From a virus, in IMG/VR virus record IMGVR_UViG_2529292733_000001: a stretch of DNA of 27,364 bases; one strand, 5' to 3'. The translations under genes and the position numbers were made by a program. The notes beneath the pieces are model-generated. The model saw nothing but the letters and a program-made list of their open reading frames with translations, was not told the DNA's origin and made no database searches. Of this stretch, positions 15,470 through 24,353 are shown one piece after another (the first letter of the stretch is position 1; the number at the start of each line of letters is the position of its first letter).

Positions 15470-16083
15470 GTACCACCGGGGGCGATCCCGAGCGCTACCT
15501 CGAAGTGAGCGACGTCCAGGAGGAGCTCCCGTTCAACGCGAACGACTTCCCGCTCCAGTCGAGCGACCAGTACGACAACGCCCTCGAACGCGCGCTCGAC
15601 GCGGCGTCTGGCATGGTCGAGGATTGGACGGACACAGTGTTCGCGACGACCACGCGGACCTCGACGCTCTCGCGGCCCGTCGGCGTCGCCGAACGCGAGC
15701 TCCCAATGCCGCATCGGCCTGTTCAGTCGGTGACCTCGGTCACGGTCGGCGGGCTCGTACTCGACAGCGAGGACTACCGCGCCGGCGAGACGTACCTCTA
15801 CCTCCTGCCGAGCGCGCCGATCTCGGAGTGGCCGACCGACAACCTCGCGATCGACGTGACCTACACGCACGGTCGCGATGGCGTCCCGTCTGAGGTCAAG
15901 CGAGCTATCATCCGACTCGTTCGGAACGCGCTCGACCAAATCGAGACCGACGGCATGGAGTCCGACCGTACGGCGAGCGAGTCCTACACCTACCGCCCGC
16001 CGGAGGACATCAAGGCCGAGTGCGTGGCGATGGTGAGCGGCTACAGCGCTCCGTCGTACTACGGCGGCGCGCAGGTGATCTGA
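15466..16083 (+). CDS. Head-tail connector/adaptor (gp6/gp15-like), 205 aa
   Basis: YLEVSDVQ, LERALDAASGMVE, IDVTYTHG..GVPSEVKRAIIRLV. Confidence 0.85.
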   Translation: MSTTGGDPERYLEVSDVQEELPFNANDFPLQSSDQYDNALERALDAASGMVEDWTDTVFATTTRTSTLSRPVGVAERELPMPHRPVQSVTSVTVGGLVLDSEDYRAGETYLYLLPSAPISEWPTDNLAIDVTYTHGRDGVPSEVKRAIIRLVRNALDQIETDGMESDRTASESYTYRPPEDIKAECVAMVSGYSAPSYYGGAQVI

Positions 16084-16247
16084 TGGGGCTCTCGAAAGCG
16101 GATCGCGAGGCGGTCGAAGAGCTCGTACAGACTCTCGAGGACGCAGGCGCGGATGTCGGGAGCGTCAAGAAAACACGATGGGACGATGACGATCCCATCG
16201 ATCTCGACATCAGCTGCGAACTCGACCCGGCAGAGTTCCACGAGTGA
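16083..16247 (+). CDS. 54-aa acidic hypothetical protein in the neck cluster
   Basis: TGATG overlap at 16081-85, acidic composition. Confidence 0.6.
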   Translation: MGLSKADREAVEELVQTLEDAGADVGSVKKTRWDDDDPIDLDISCELDPAEFHE

Positions 16248-16254
16248 CACCAGC

Positions 16255-16623
16255 ATGACAGGCACAACCTACGAGTGGCGAAGCGACACGCCACGCATCC
16301 GACCCGACGGCGAACGCATCGGTGACGGCGACCCCATCGACCCGACCGACCACGAGCTACGGACGTGGCCCGATCGGGTCGTCGCCGTCGAGAGCACCGA
16401 CACCGAACGCACCGACCGCTCGCTTACACAGACCGCCATCGAAGCCGCGACCGACCGCAAATTGCAGGAAATGGCTAGTCAGATCGACGGCGTGGCTGAG
16501 GATCAGAGCGCGGCCGATCTGCGCGCCGAGCTCTACGACCACCCCGACAGTGAAGCCGTCGCCGCGGCGGTCGCGGCGGTCGAAGATCTGGAGACCGACA
16601 CCGGCACCGAGAACGGAGAGTAA
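16255..16623 (+). CDS. Acidic hypothetical virion or assembly protein (122 aa)
   Basis: ATG 16255 fills the gap between neighbours. Halophilic composition. Confidence 0.65.
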   Translation: MTGTTYEWRSDTPRIRPDGERIGDGDPIDPTDHELRTWPDRVVAVESTDTERTDRSLTQTAIEAATDRKLQEMASQIDGVAEDQSAADLRAELYDHPDSEAVAAAVAAVEDLETDTGTENGE

Positions 16624-16626
16624 CCC

Positions 16627-17064
16627 GTGCCCCGCCATCGGAATCGCCAGTCGGCCACCCACTACCTCACCGTCGAGCGCGACGGTGAGCAAGAGATCAC
16701 GTGCTCGGTCGACGACGAGTGTCCACCAGGCTATCACTGCGAAAACGGCATCTGCGTCGACGGCTACGGCGACAAGCCATCGGGCGAGACCACCGTCCTC
16801 GACGACGAACCCGTGGAGTACGAGCCCGAAACAACGGCCTACATCCGCACCGGGAGCGGCGAGCGCGTTCAGCGTGCCCCGAAGATCGGCGGTCGCGGGG
16901 CGCTCGCCGAGCTCGTCCAGGAGGGCGACGCGCTCACACTCACCCCGATGGCTGATTCGGGTGGTGGCGCGACGCTCACCAACCTTGAGGCGACGGGGAT
17001 CGACCCCGAGTACGGTCGTCGAGCGCGAGTCGGTCGGACGGCTATCGAACTGGAGCAGAACTAA
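16627..17064 (+). CDS. Head-closure/stopper-like protein with inserted 4-Cys motif (145 aa)
   Basis: Position in the neck cluster. T..+TVER...D.YG.P pattern interrupted by CSVDDECPPGYHCENGIC. Confidence 0.65.
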   Translation: MPRHRNRQSATHYLTVERDGEQEITCSVDDECPPGYHCENGICVDGYGDKPSGETTVLDDEPVEYEPETTAYIRTGSGERVQRAPKIGGRGALAELVQEGDALTLTPMADSGGGATLTNLEATGIDPEYGRRARVGRTAIELEQN

Positions 17065-17066
17065 CG

Positions 17067-17435
17067 ATGGTCAAGACCGAGTTCAAATGGAAGCACAACC
17101 GCAACATGAAGGATGCGGCGAAGCGCCTGAACGACCTCCAGGATGAGGTCGGCACCTCGCTCAAATCGGCGTGTGAGGAGATCGGTCTGCGAGTCATCGC
17201 GACCGCGGTGCGGCTGGTCCACGTCGACACCGGCCGCTTGCGAGCGAGTCTGGAATCGCAGGTCGAAGAGGTCGGAAAGTACGCCGTCAAGGTGTCGATG
17301 GGTACGAACGTCCCGTACGGAGCCAACCAGGAGCGGCTGTACCCCTACCTCCGCCCGGCGATCCGCGAGAACGAACAGCAGATCGAGCGGATCGTAAACG
17401 ACGCGCTCCAAGAGGCCGTTAAACGAGCATCATGA
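17067..17435 (+). CDS. HK97 gp10-like tail component
   Basis: VHVDTGRLRASL, GTNVPYG..QE, PYLRPAI. Confidence 0.88.
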   Translation: MVKTEFKWKHNRNMKDAAKRLNDLQDEVGTSLKSACEEIGLRVIATAVRLVHVDTGRLRASLESQVEEVGKYAVKVSMGTNVPYGANQERLYPYLRPAIRENEQQIERIVNDALQEAVKRAS

Positions 17436-17917
17436 CCTCTACATCAGACCGCGCGGCGGGCGGCGTCGCCGACCTCCGACCGGCGATGCTCGGCTGGCTC
17501 CGCGACCACCGGCCGCTGACGGAGCGCCTCGAGTGGATCGACTCGGTGGAGGACGGCGCGGATGCCATTCGACCACCGCGATACCTCCAGAGAGCGCGTG
17601 ATGCGGACGGTGACGCGCCGGACATCGTGCTCACCGTGGAGGTCTGGACGCCGAATGTCACTCGTGCGAACTCGGAGACCCAGCGCACACACTCCGGGCA
17701 GGTGGTGCTCTCGCTCCGCTACGGCGTGAGCGAACACCTTCCCGGCCAGTGGGGCGACGAGGTCCGCGCGGAGATCGCGGCCTGCCTCACTCGGTATCGG
17801 GAGGGCTGGTATGCGCCCACCGTGACGGGCGGCGATACCGAACTCCAGCCGGTTGATGAGATCAACAGGGAGGAACTCGCTATCACGTACGGTCAAACAC
17901 ATCGCAACTGGGGCTAA
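17432..17917 (+). CDS. Tail terminator/completion protein (161 aa)
   Basis: ATGA overlap. Position between the gp10-like and tube genes. Assignment mainly by synteny. Confidence 0.6.
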   Translation: MTSTSDRAAGGVADLRPAMLGWLRDHRPLTERLEWIDSVEDGADAIRPPRYLQRARDADGDAPDIVLTVEVWTPNVTRANSETQRTHSGQVVLSLRYGVSEHLPGQWGDEVRAEIAACLTRYREGWYAPTVTGGDTELQPVDEINREELAITYGQTHRNWG

Positions 17918-18002
17918 CGGCCCCGTCGACGACAGTACCGACTGACGACTAACCAGCGGCCAGCGATTTGCGGCGCGACACAACGACAACGAGAGACATC
18001 CA

Positions 18003-18572
18003 ATGGCAATCGACGTAACCAGCAAGATCGAAGCGACGGCGAAGAAAGTATCAATCATCCTCGCGGAGTGGAACGAAACCGAGAGCGCCTACGATCGGAC
18101 GGTAGTCGGGCTCACGATGAAGGACGATCTCACCACCACGATTGACAACGAGGATACAGATTTCACGCCGGGAGACGAGTACCAGACCCGGCGCTACGAC
18201 GTCTCGGGGACGATGGACCTCGAATTCTCGATGGCGATCGCGAAAGACCTCTCCGGACTCGAAGCACTCGGGATGGTCGACTCGGACGGCAAGATGATCA
18301 CCTCGGGCACGGAGAAGTGGATCGGGTTTGGCGAGGATCGCCACCTCGAATGGGCGTACTGGAGCGGTGAGCCCGACTACGAGAACGCCGACATCGTGGC
18401 GGACTCGGAGATCCTAAATCGCTTTAGCGATGTGAAGCTCGTCGCGCCGGAGTTCGATCCCTCCGAATCCCCCTACTCGGTGTCGATGACTGGGTGGGTA
18501 GAGGGCGACTTTTACGTCAACTACCCAGGGTATGATGCGATCAACGGCACTGACGGAGGTACTGGCACATGA
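18003..18572 (+). CDS. Major tail tube protein (189 aa)
   Basis: Size, beta-rich acidic sequence and position before chaperone and tape measure. Confidence 0.75.
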   Translation: MAIDVTSKIEATAKKVSIILAEWNETESAYDRTVVGLTMKDDLTTTIDNEDTDFTPGDEYQTRRYDVSGTMDLEFSMAIAKDLSGLEALGMVDSDGKMITSGTEKWIGFGEDRHLEWAYWSGEPDYENADIVADSEILNRFSDVKLVAPEFDPSESPYSVSMTGWVEGDFYVNYPGYDAINGTDGGTGT

Positions 18573-19147
18573 GCGACGCTGGTGTGAAGAACCCTGGCGT
18601 CGCGAACGAACTCCAGGACCAGCTCGATCAGCAGGTCGCGGACGAGGTGGCGACGATCGGAGCGCTCGACGAGACGCGAAAAGACCTCGAGGGACGCGAC
18701 CCGCCGCGTGACAACGCACCCGAAACCGCGGCCACGGACGGCGGCGAACTCGAAACCGTCGACGCCGACACCGCCGAGGTTGACGAGACAGCGGGCTACA
18801 CCATGTCGGTCGACCGCCGCATCGGGAGCACCCATCTCGACGTCGAGTATCACGCACCCGGCGAAGAGGACGCTCGCGAGGCACGCCTACGGTTCGGGAA
18901 GCCGAACGGGCTCGCCAGTCGTGAACTGTTCGCGCCGATCGAGGAGGTCGAGGAGAGCGAAGGTCAGTCGGTCAACGAGATGACCGACTACATCTGGGGG
19001 ACGCTCGCCGAGTGGTGTGCCGAGGAGCACGCCGACGGCGTCGACCAGTCACCCAGTGAGGCCGAGTTCTGGGCGACACGGATGGGGCTCGGCGATGCGA
19101 TCAGCGTTCTCCAGGACCTCGCCCTCGGCATCGACCCAAACGCGTAG
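18569..19147 (+). CDS. Tail assembly chaperone (gpG-like), 192 aa
   Basis: Between tube and tape measure. Ends at a slippery heptamer. Confidence 0.75.
   Translation: MSDAGVKNPGVANELQDQLDQQVADEVATIGALDETRKDLEGRDPPRDNAPETAATDGGELETVDADTAEVDETAGYTMSVDRRIGSTHLDVEYHAPGEEDAREARLRFGKPNGLASRELFAPIEEVEESEGQSVNEMTDYIWGTLAEWCAEEHADGVDQSPSEAEFWATRMGLGDAISVLQDLALGIDPNA
19135..19141 (+). promoter_or_regulatory. -1 programmed ribosomal frameshift site C CCA AAC
   Basis: X XXY YYZ heptamer in the correct phase (GAC CCA AAC GCG TAG), two codons before the stop. Confidence 0.8.
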
Positions 19148-19320
19148 TCACGTACGCACAGTCCGACATCGGCCAGGCCCGCGGGGATCTTTACGAGAAG
19201 GCAGGCGTCTCGGGCCCAACGGAGTTCGGGAAGCTCCCTGAACAGGACCGGATCTTCTGGAGCGCCTGGCAAGAAGAACGCCAGGAACGCCAAGAAGAGG
19301 AGATGCCGGACGAGAACTGA
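19141..19320 (+). CDS. Frameshift extension of the tail chaperone (gpT-like part, 59 aa; fusion about 250 aa)
   Basis: The -1 frame is open to TGA 19318-20: RVVTYAQSDIGQARGDLYEKAGVSGPTEFGKLPEQDRIFWSAWQEERQERQEEEMPDEN. Its only ATG is at the very end. Confidence 0.78.
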   Translation, partial: RVVTYAQSDIGQARGDLYEKAGVSGPTEFGKLPEQDRIFWSAWQEERQERQEEEMPDEN

Positions 19321-19337
19321 GTAGCTCTTACTCCCGG

Positions 19338-19355
19338 CTCGCAGCCCGCTGCGAG
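19338..19355. other. Perfect 18-bp inverted repeat CTCGCAGC-CC-GCTGCGAG upstream of the tape measure gene
   Basis: Read directly. Function unknown. Confidence 0.55.
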
Positions 19356-19377
19356 AACCCCATTCGATACACACCAA

Positions 19378-22300
19378 ATGGCATTATTCGACAACTTAGA
19401 GTCATCTCTCAAACTCGACGCGAGTGACTACGTTCGCGAGGCCGACAAGGCCGAGCGGGCGAGCAAGGACGTCGCCGACGCGACCGAATCGATGGGCGAC
19501 GCGGCGGGTAATTCTGCCGGCGGTGCCGACCGAGCGAAGCAAGCCGTCGGAGGTTTGGCGGCCGGTGCATCGGCACTCGCGGCGGGTGGTCTCGCGAAGT
19601 CCATCCAGGCGGCGACGAGCTTCGAGTCGTCGATGGCCGACGTCGAGAAGGTCACCAGCAAGGGTATCGCCGAGAAGCTGAAGGGGAATTTCCAGTCGCT
19701 TGCCGAGGAGATCCCGATCTCCCAGCAAGAGCTCGCCACGCTGGGCGAGCAGGCTGGGAAGTTCGGTGTCAAGGGCGCAAAGAACATCACGAAATTCGTC
19801 GAGACGGTCGGCCAGATCTCCTCGGCGACCGATCTCGCGGCTGGCGAGGCCGGGACTCGATTTGCGAAGATCGCTGGCGCGATCGGATTGCCGATGGGCC
19901 AGATCGGCAAGCTCGGCAACGCGACCAACTCGCTCGCGGACTCGATGAAGACGGACGCAGGCGAGATCACAGACACCGCAAACCGCGCGGGGATCACGCT
20001 CTCGAAGCGCCTGGGGCTCTCGAAACAGTCGGTCCTCGGATTGTCGGCCTCGATGAATGAGGTGTCCCCGAGCGCCCAGCTCGCGGCCTCAGGACTCAAA
20101 CAGGCTGCCGAGGCACTCCTCGATCCGAAAAAGGTCGGGAAGATCGCCTCGGCGCTGGGGATGACGAAAAGCGAGTTCATCCAACTTCGCGATCAGAGCC
20201 CGCAGAAAGCGTTCGATCTCGTCTCGAAGGCGATGGCGAAGGGTGGCGACCGCGCCACCGCGCTCGCCAAAGCAGTTGGAAAGCGCCCTACGCGGGCGTT
20301 CTCGGCGCTCGGCCAACAGGTCGGCCGAACTCACCAAGCGATGAAGACGGCCAGCGGGCAGTTCAAGAACGGGACGTCGCTCGCCCGCGAGATGTCGATC
20401 CGGACCGGGACGGCTGCCGGGAAGTGGCAACTGTTTAAGAACAAACTCCAGAACGTCGCGATCACGACCGGCGACGCCCTCCTTCCGGTGTTGCTGCGGG
20501 TTCTCGACCCGATCTCGAACGCGATCAGTCTGTTCGGCGAGTGGAATTCGAAGCTCGGCGGCATCCCGGCGGTGGTCGCGCTCGTCGCGACGGCGATCGG
20601 CGGGCTGGCGGTCGCGGCAGGAGTGTTCATCGGCCCGCTGACGACTGGTGTCACGATGATGGGAGCGCTTGCCGGGGCGGCCTCGGCGCTGCTCTCACCG
20701 CTCGCGCTCATCGGAACCGCCCTCGGAGCGCTCCTCTCTCCGATCGGGATCGTTATCGCTGGCGTGGCGGCGCTCGGCGCGGCGTTCGCGACCGACTTCG
20801 GAGGGATCCGCACGATGGCGATGCAGCTCGTCGGCATCCTCCGAGGTCAGTTTCTCACGATCTGGACGCAGCTGAAGGCCACTATCCTCCCGATACTCTC
20901 ACAGATCGCAGCGGCGTGGGACGGCCAGGGCTCGCGCGTCCAGTCCGTCGCGTCGACTCTTATCGAGAATATCGGCGGGAGGCTCGTCCCGATCATCCTC
21001 CGATTCGGGGCGATGGCTCGTCGCGCGATCGCGTCGGTGGCCTCTTTTTGGAATACACACGGGTCGACGATCCTCTCGATCGTCCGGCTCCTTTCGACGA
21101 ACCTCTCGGAGATGCTGATTCAGGCGATGGCGGCCGTTTCGTCGGCTCTTCAGGGCGACTTCGTCCAGATGCGAGGGGCGTTTCAGGAGTTCAAAACGGC
21201 CGCACTGAACATCTGGAACGCGATCTGGCCCCGCTTGAAACAGGCGGCGATGGCCGGTCTGCGGATGGCCTGGAACTGGGTGAAGGGGCCGGGCGTCTCG
21301 CTGGCGAAGCAGGCACTATCTTTCCTCGCCACCGCGGCCGTCGCGGCGTTCAACTTCGGGAAACAGCATATCCTCCCGGCCGTTCAGTCGGCGCTGCGCT
21401 TTGCCTGGAACTGGGTGAAAGGACCAGGCGTTCAGCTCGCGAAGCAAGCCCTCTCGCTGCTGGCGAGGGGTGCGGTAGCGGCCTTCAAGTTTGGAAAGCA
21501 GAACTTGCTTCCCGTCGTTCAGCGAGCGATCCGCTTCGCTTGGAACTGGGTCAAAACGTCAGGGGTTTCGCTCGCAAAGCAAGCCCTCGCGTTCCTAGGC
21601 CGCCAGGCTATTGCGGCGTTCACCTTCGCGAAAGAGAACATCCTCCCGAAGGTACAGACAGCGCTCACCGCCGCGTGGACTTGGCTCCGTACGTCGGGCG
21701 TCCAGCTCGGCCGTCAGGCACTCACGTTCCTCGGAAACCAGGCGATAGCCGCCTTCACGTTCGCGAAAAACAAGATCGTCCCGAAGGTCTCGAAGGCGCT
21801 CGGTGCGGCATGGACGTGGCTACGAACGACAGGCCTCCAGAAGGGCAAGCAAGCCCTCATATTCCTCGGAAATCAGACGATAGCGGCGTTCTCGTTTGCG
21901 AAGAAGAAGATAGTTCCGAAGGTTTCGAAGGCGATCGGGGCCGGATGGCAGTGGCTTCGGACTAAAGGACTACAGAAGGGCAAACAAGCGCTGATTTTCC
22001 TCGGAAATCAGGCCATCAACGCGTTCACGTTCGCGAAAAACAAGATCGTCCCGAAAGTATCCGGGGCGATCGGTGCGGCATGGACCTGGCTCAGAACGAC
22101 AGGTCTCCAGAAAGGTAAGCAAGCGCTCGGATTCCTCGCAAACCAAGCCGTCAACGCCTTCGACCTCGGCAGTGGTGGCGGTTCCGGCGGTGGTGGCGGT
22201 GGCGGTCTACAAGGCAAAGCCGCCTCGGCGCTCTCGGGCGTCGGAGCGTGGCTTCGGAATCAGGGCGTCTCGATCCTGAGAGGTGCGCTCTCGTTCCTCG

Positions 22301-24330
22301 TCACGCAGGGAGCGAACGCGCTCTCGGCGCTCCAGCAGGCCGGCCGCCGTGTCGTCTCGCAGGCCATCGCCGCGATCTCGACGTACCTCCGAACGCAGGC
22401 TACGACGGACGTCAAAAACGCGTTCAAGGCGATCGGCCGCGGGATTAGGGCCGTTCTGGTCGGTCTGTTCAACGTCGGAAAGGGGATCGGGAGGATCGTC
22501 AGGCAGGGGATCGGCGCGATCGTCTCCTACCTCCGAAATCAGGCATGGTCCGATCTCAAGGGAGCTGCCGAATTCCTGTTCGGCGCAGCAGTCACGGCCG
22601 CGAAGGGACTGTTCGCTCTCGGAAAAGGGATCGGACAAGCGATACGGACCGGTATGGGGGCGATTTTCAGTTACCTCCGAAATCAGGCATGGTCAGACCT
22701 GAAAGGGGCTGCCGAATTCCTGTTCGGTGCCGCGAAGGTCGCTGCCGAGGCTCTGTTCAACGTCGGAAAAGGGATCGGAGGGGTCATCAAGGACTTCATG
22801 GGGGCGATCGTCTCCTACCTCCGAACCCAAGCGTGGTCTGACCTGAAGGGGGCAGCGGAGTTCCTGTTCGATGCAGTGATGGCCGCCGCAGAGGGCCTCT
22901 ACCAGGGCCTCATCGGGAATTCACTCATCCCCGAGATGTTCGGGGAGATCGCCTCGTTCATCCGGAACTTCAACCTGTTCGCACCGGTCGACGCGCTGCT
23001 CTCGTCGGCCTGGCAACGGTTTGATAAATTCAAAACGGACGCCTTCAACACCGTTTCGAACCTGCTCGGCGAGGTCGTCACGGCGATCCAGAGCTGGTCG
23101 CTGCTCCAGAAGGTCAACTCGGCGCTGAAATCCGTCTGGCTACGATTTGACAAGTTCAAAACGGATGCTGTCAACACGATCAAGCAGACCGTATCGGACA
23201 TCCTGAGCGCTGTCTCGCCGAGGAACCTGAAAAGCAAGCTCAAGTCGAAGATCGGCGGCGCTCTCGATGGGGCGAAAGAGAAGTTCAAATCGCTCTACAA
23301 CGACGTTGTCGGGAACTCGATCGTGCCAGATATGGCGAGCGATGTGGTCGGCGTCATGGACAAGATGGACATGGCTGGTCCGGCGGGCCGCGAGATGGGA
23401 CGTGCGTTCGACCAGTTCGCCTGGTTGCAGACGAACGCGAAAAAGCGTACGGACAAGCTCAATCGCGAGACGCTGAACAACATCAAGGCGATGGCGTCGG
23501 CGACGTCCTCGCGAGCGAAGTCCTGGGTCGGATCGTTCGTGAAGCCCTTCGGGCAGGCAAAAGACCGCGTCTCGGGGCTGTTCTCCGACTTGCATCACAT
23601 GGTGGTCGGGGGCTCGATCATCCCCGATATGCTCTCGGATCTGGTCGCCGAGTCGAAGGGCTCCTGGGCAAAGCAGTTCGTGAGCCCGTTCGTCTCCGCT
23701 GCGGATCAGGTGGCCGATCGCCTCGGAAGGCTTCGAAAGCAGGCAGCCCGAGCAGCGAAGGACACCGCGAAGCAGGCGAAGAAGGCCGCCGCTGCGGCCT
23801 CGGGCGGTGGTGGTGGCAGTAACGTCCGGAAGCGAGCCGAATGGGCTGGCGAGCGCTACAAAACAGTGCGGAAGGGCCGCCTCGCCGGCATCCCGAAGCC
23901 GCTCGCGAAGCAGATGCGAGACGTCTACAAGAACCAGGTCAAGGGCAAGCGTTCGTGGGCCTCGTACGTCAAGCGAGCGCGGAACTACGGCGAGAACGCC
24001 CGCGGCAAGAAGGGTGTTTGGTACGAGGACACCGCCGTCGCGAAGATGGCGTCCAGTGGGACAGTGCTCTCCGACGGCCTCATCTACGCCCACAAGGGTG
24101 AGGACGTCGTCCCGGCGAAGACCAGCCAGCCGTACTCCGGCGGTAGTAGAAACTCGAAGAAAGAGGTTCACTACCACCAGGAGAAGACGATCCTCAAACT
24201 CGACGCCGAGGAGACGCGGAAGTTCATGCGTGGCGAGGCGGTCGACGTCGTCGACGAGAAAGAGTCCGAGAAGTCGGAGAGTCTGAACAACGCGAATACG
24301 GACAGCACCGACGACGTTTCGCTGTTCTAA
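19378..24330 (+). CDS. Tail tape measure protein (TP901-type N-terminal core), 1650 aa
   Basis: FESSMADVEKVT..., long Ala/Gly/Leu-rich amphipathic repeats, C-terminal MASSGTV..DGLIYAHKGEDVVP motif. Confidence 0.96.
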   Translation: MALFDNLESSLKLDASDYVREADKAERASKDVADATESMGDAAGNSAGGADRAKQAVGGLAAGASALAAGGLAKSIQAATSFESSMADVEKVTSKGIAEKLKGNFQSLAEEIPISQQELATLGEQAGKFGVKGAKNITKFVETVGQISSATDLAAGEAGTRFAKIAGAIGLPMGQIGKLGNATNSLADSMKTDAGEITDTANRAGITLSKRLGLSKQSVLGLSASMNEVSPSAQLAASGLKQAAEALLDPKKVGKIASALGMTKSEFIQLRDQSPQKAFDLVSKAMAKGGDRATALAKAVGKRPTRAFSALGQQVGRTHQAMKTASGQFKNGTSLAREMSIRTGTAAGKWQLFKNKLQNVAITTGDALLPVLLRVLDPISNAISLFGEWNSKLGGIPAVVALVATAIGGLAVAAGVFIGPLTTGVTMMGALAGAASALLSPLALIGTALGALLSPIGIVIAGVAALGAAFATDFGGIRTMAMQLVGILRGQFLTIWTQLKATILPILSQIAAAWDGQGSRVQSVASTLIENIGGRLVPIILRFGAMARRAIASVASFWNTHGSTILSIVRLLSTNLSEMLIQAMAAVSSALQGDFVQMRGAFQEFKTAALNIWNAIWPRLKQAAMAGLRMAWNWVKGPGVSLAKQALSFLATAAVAAFNFGKQHILPAVQSALRFAWNWVKGPGVQLAKQALSLLARGAVAAFKFGKQNLLPVVQRAIRFAWNWVKTSGVSLAKQALAFLGRQAIAAFTFAKENILPKVQTALTAAWTWLRTSGVQLGRQALTFLGNQAIAAFTFAKNKIVPKVSKALGAAWTWLRTTGLQKGKQALIFLGNQTIAAFSFAKKKIVPKVSKAIGAGWQWLRTKGLQKGKQALIFLGNQAINAFTFAKNKIVPKVSGAIGAAWTWLRTTGLQKGKQALGFLANQAVNAFDLGSGGGSGGGGGGGLQGKAASALSGVGAWLRNQGVSILRGALSFLVTQGANALSALQQAGRRVVSQAIAAISTYLRTQATTDVKNAFKAIGRGIRAVLVGLFNVGKGIGRIVRQGIGAIVSYLRNQAWSDLKGAAEFLFGAAVTAAKGLFALGKGIGQAIRTGMGAIFSYLRNQAWSDLKGAAEFLFGAAKVAAEALFNVGKGIGGVIKDFMGAIVSYLRTQAWSDLKGAAEFLFDAVMAAAEGLYQGLIGNSLIPEMFGEIASFIRNFNLFAPVDALLSSAWQRFDKFKTDAFNTVSNLLGEVVTAIQSWSLLQKVNSALKSVWLRFDKFKTDAVNTIKQTVSDILSAVSPRNLKSKLKSKIGGALDGAKEKFKSLYNDVVGNSIVPDMASDVVGVMDKMDMAGPAGREMGRAFDQFAWLQTNAKKRTDKLNRETLNNIKAMASATSSRAKSWVGSFVKPFGQAKDRVSGLFSDLHHMVVGGSIIPDMLSDLVAESKGSWAKQFVSPFVSAADQVADRLGRLRKQAARAAKDTAKQAKKAAAAASGGGGGSNVRKRAEWAGERYKTVRKGRLAGIPKPLAKQMRDVYKNQVKGKRSWASYVKRARNYGENARGKKGVWYEDTAVAKMASSGTVLSDGLIYAHKGEDVVPAKTSQPYSGGSRNSKKEVHYHQEKTILKLDAEETRKFMRGEAVDVVDEKESEKSESLNNANTDSTDDVSLF
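21271..22170 (+). repeat. Seven tandem 135-nt (45-aa) repeats in the tape measure gene
   Basis: WxW units start at 21271, 21406, 21541, 21676, 21811, 21946 and 22081. A 32-nt stretch is identical at 21754-21785 and 22024-22055. Confidence 0.9.
22462..22893 (+). repeat. Three tandem 144-nt (48-aa) repeats in the tape measure gene
   Basis: Units start at 22462, 22606 and 22750. Each contains SYLR.QAWSDLKGAAEFLF. Confidence 0.9.
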
Positions 24331-24353
24331 GTCACCGATAGTGGACCACACTC

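Noticed and set aside
17432-18572. Contractile (myovirus) tail
   Set aside because: No sheath-sized gene between terminator and tube, and no baseplate wedge genes in the window.
21271-22893. CRISPR-like or non-coding repeat array
   Set aside because: The periods are multiples of 3, degenerate at third positions and in frame within the tape measure gene. There are no unique spacers.
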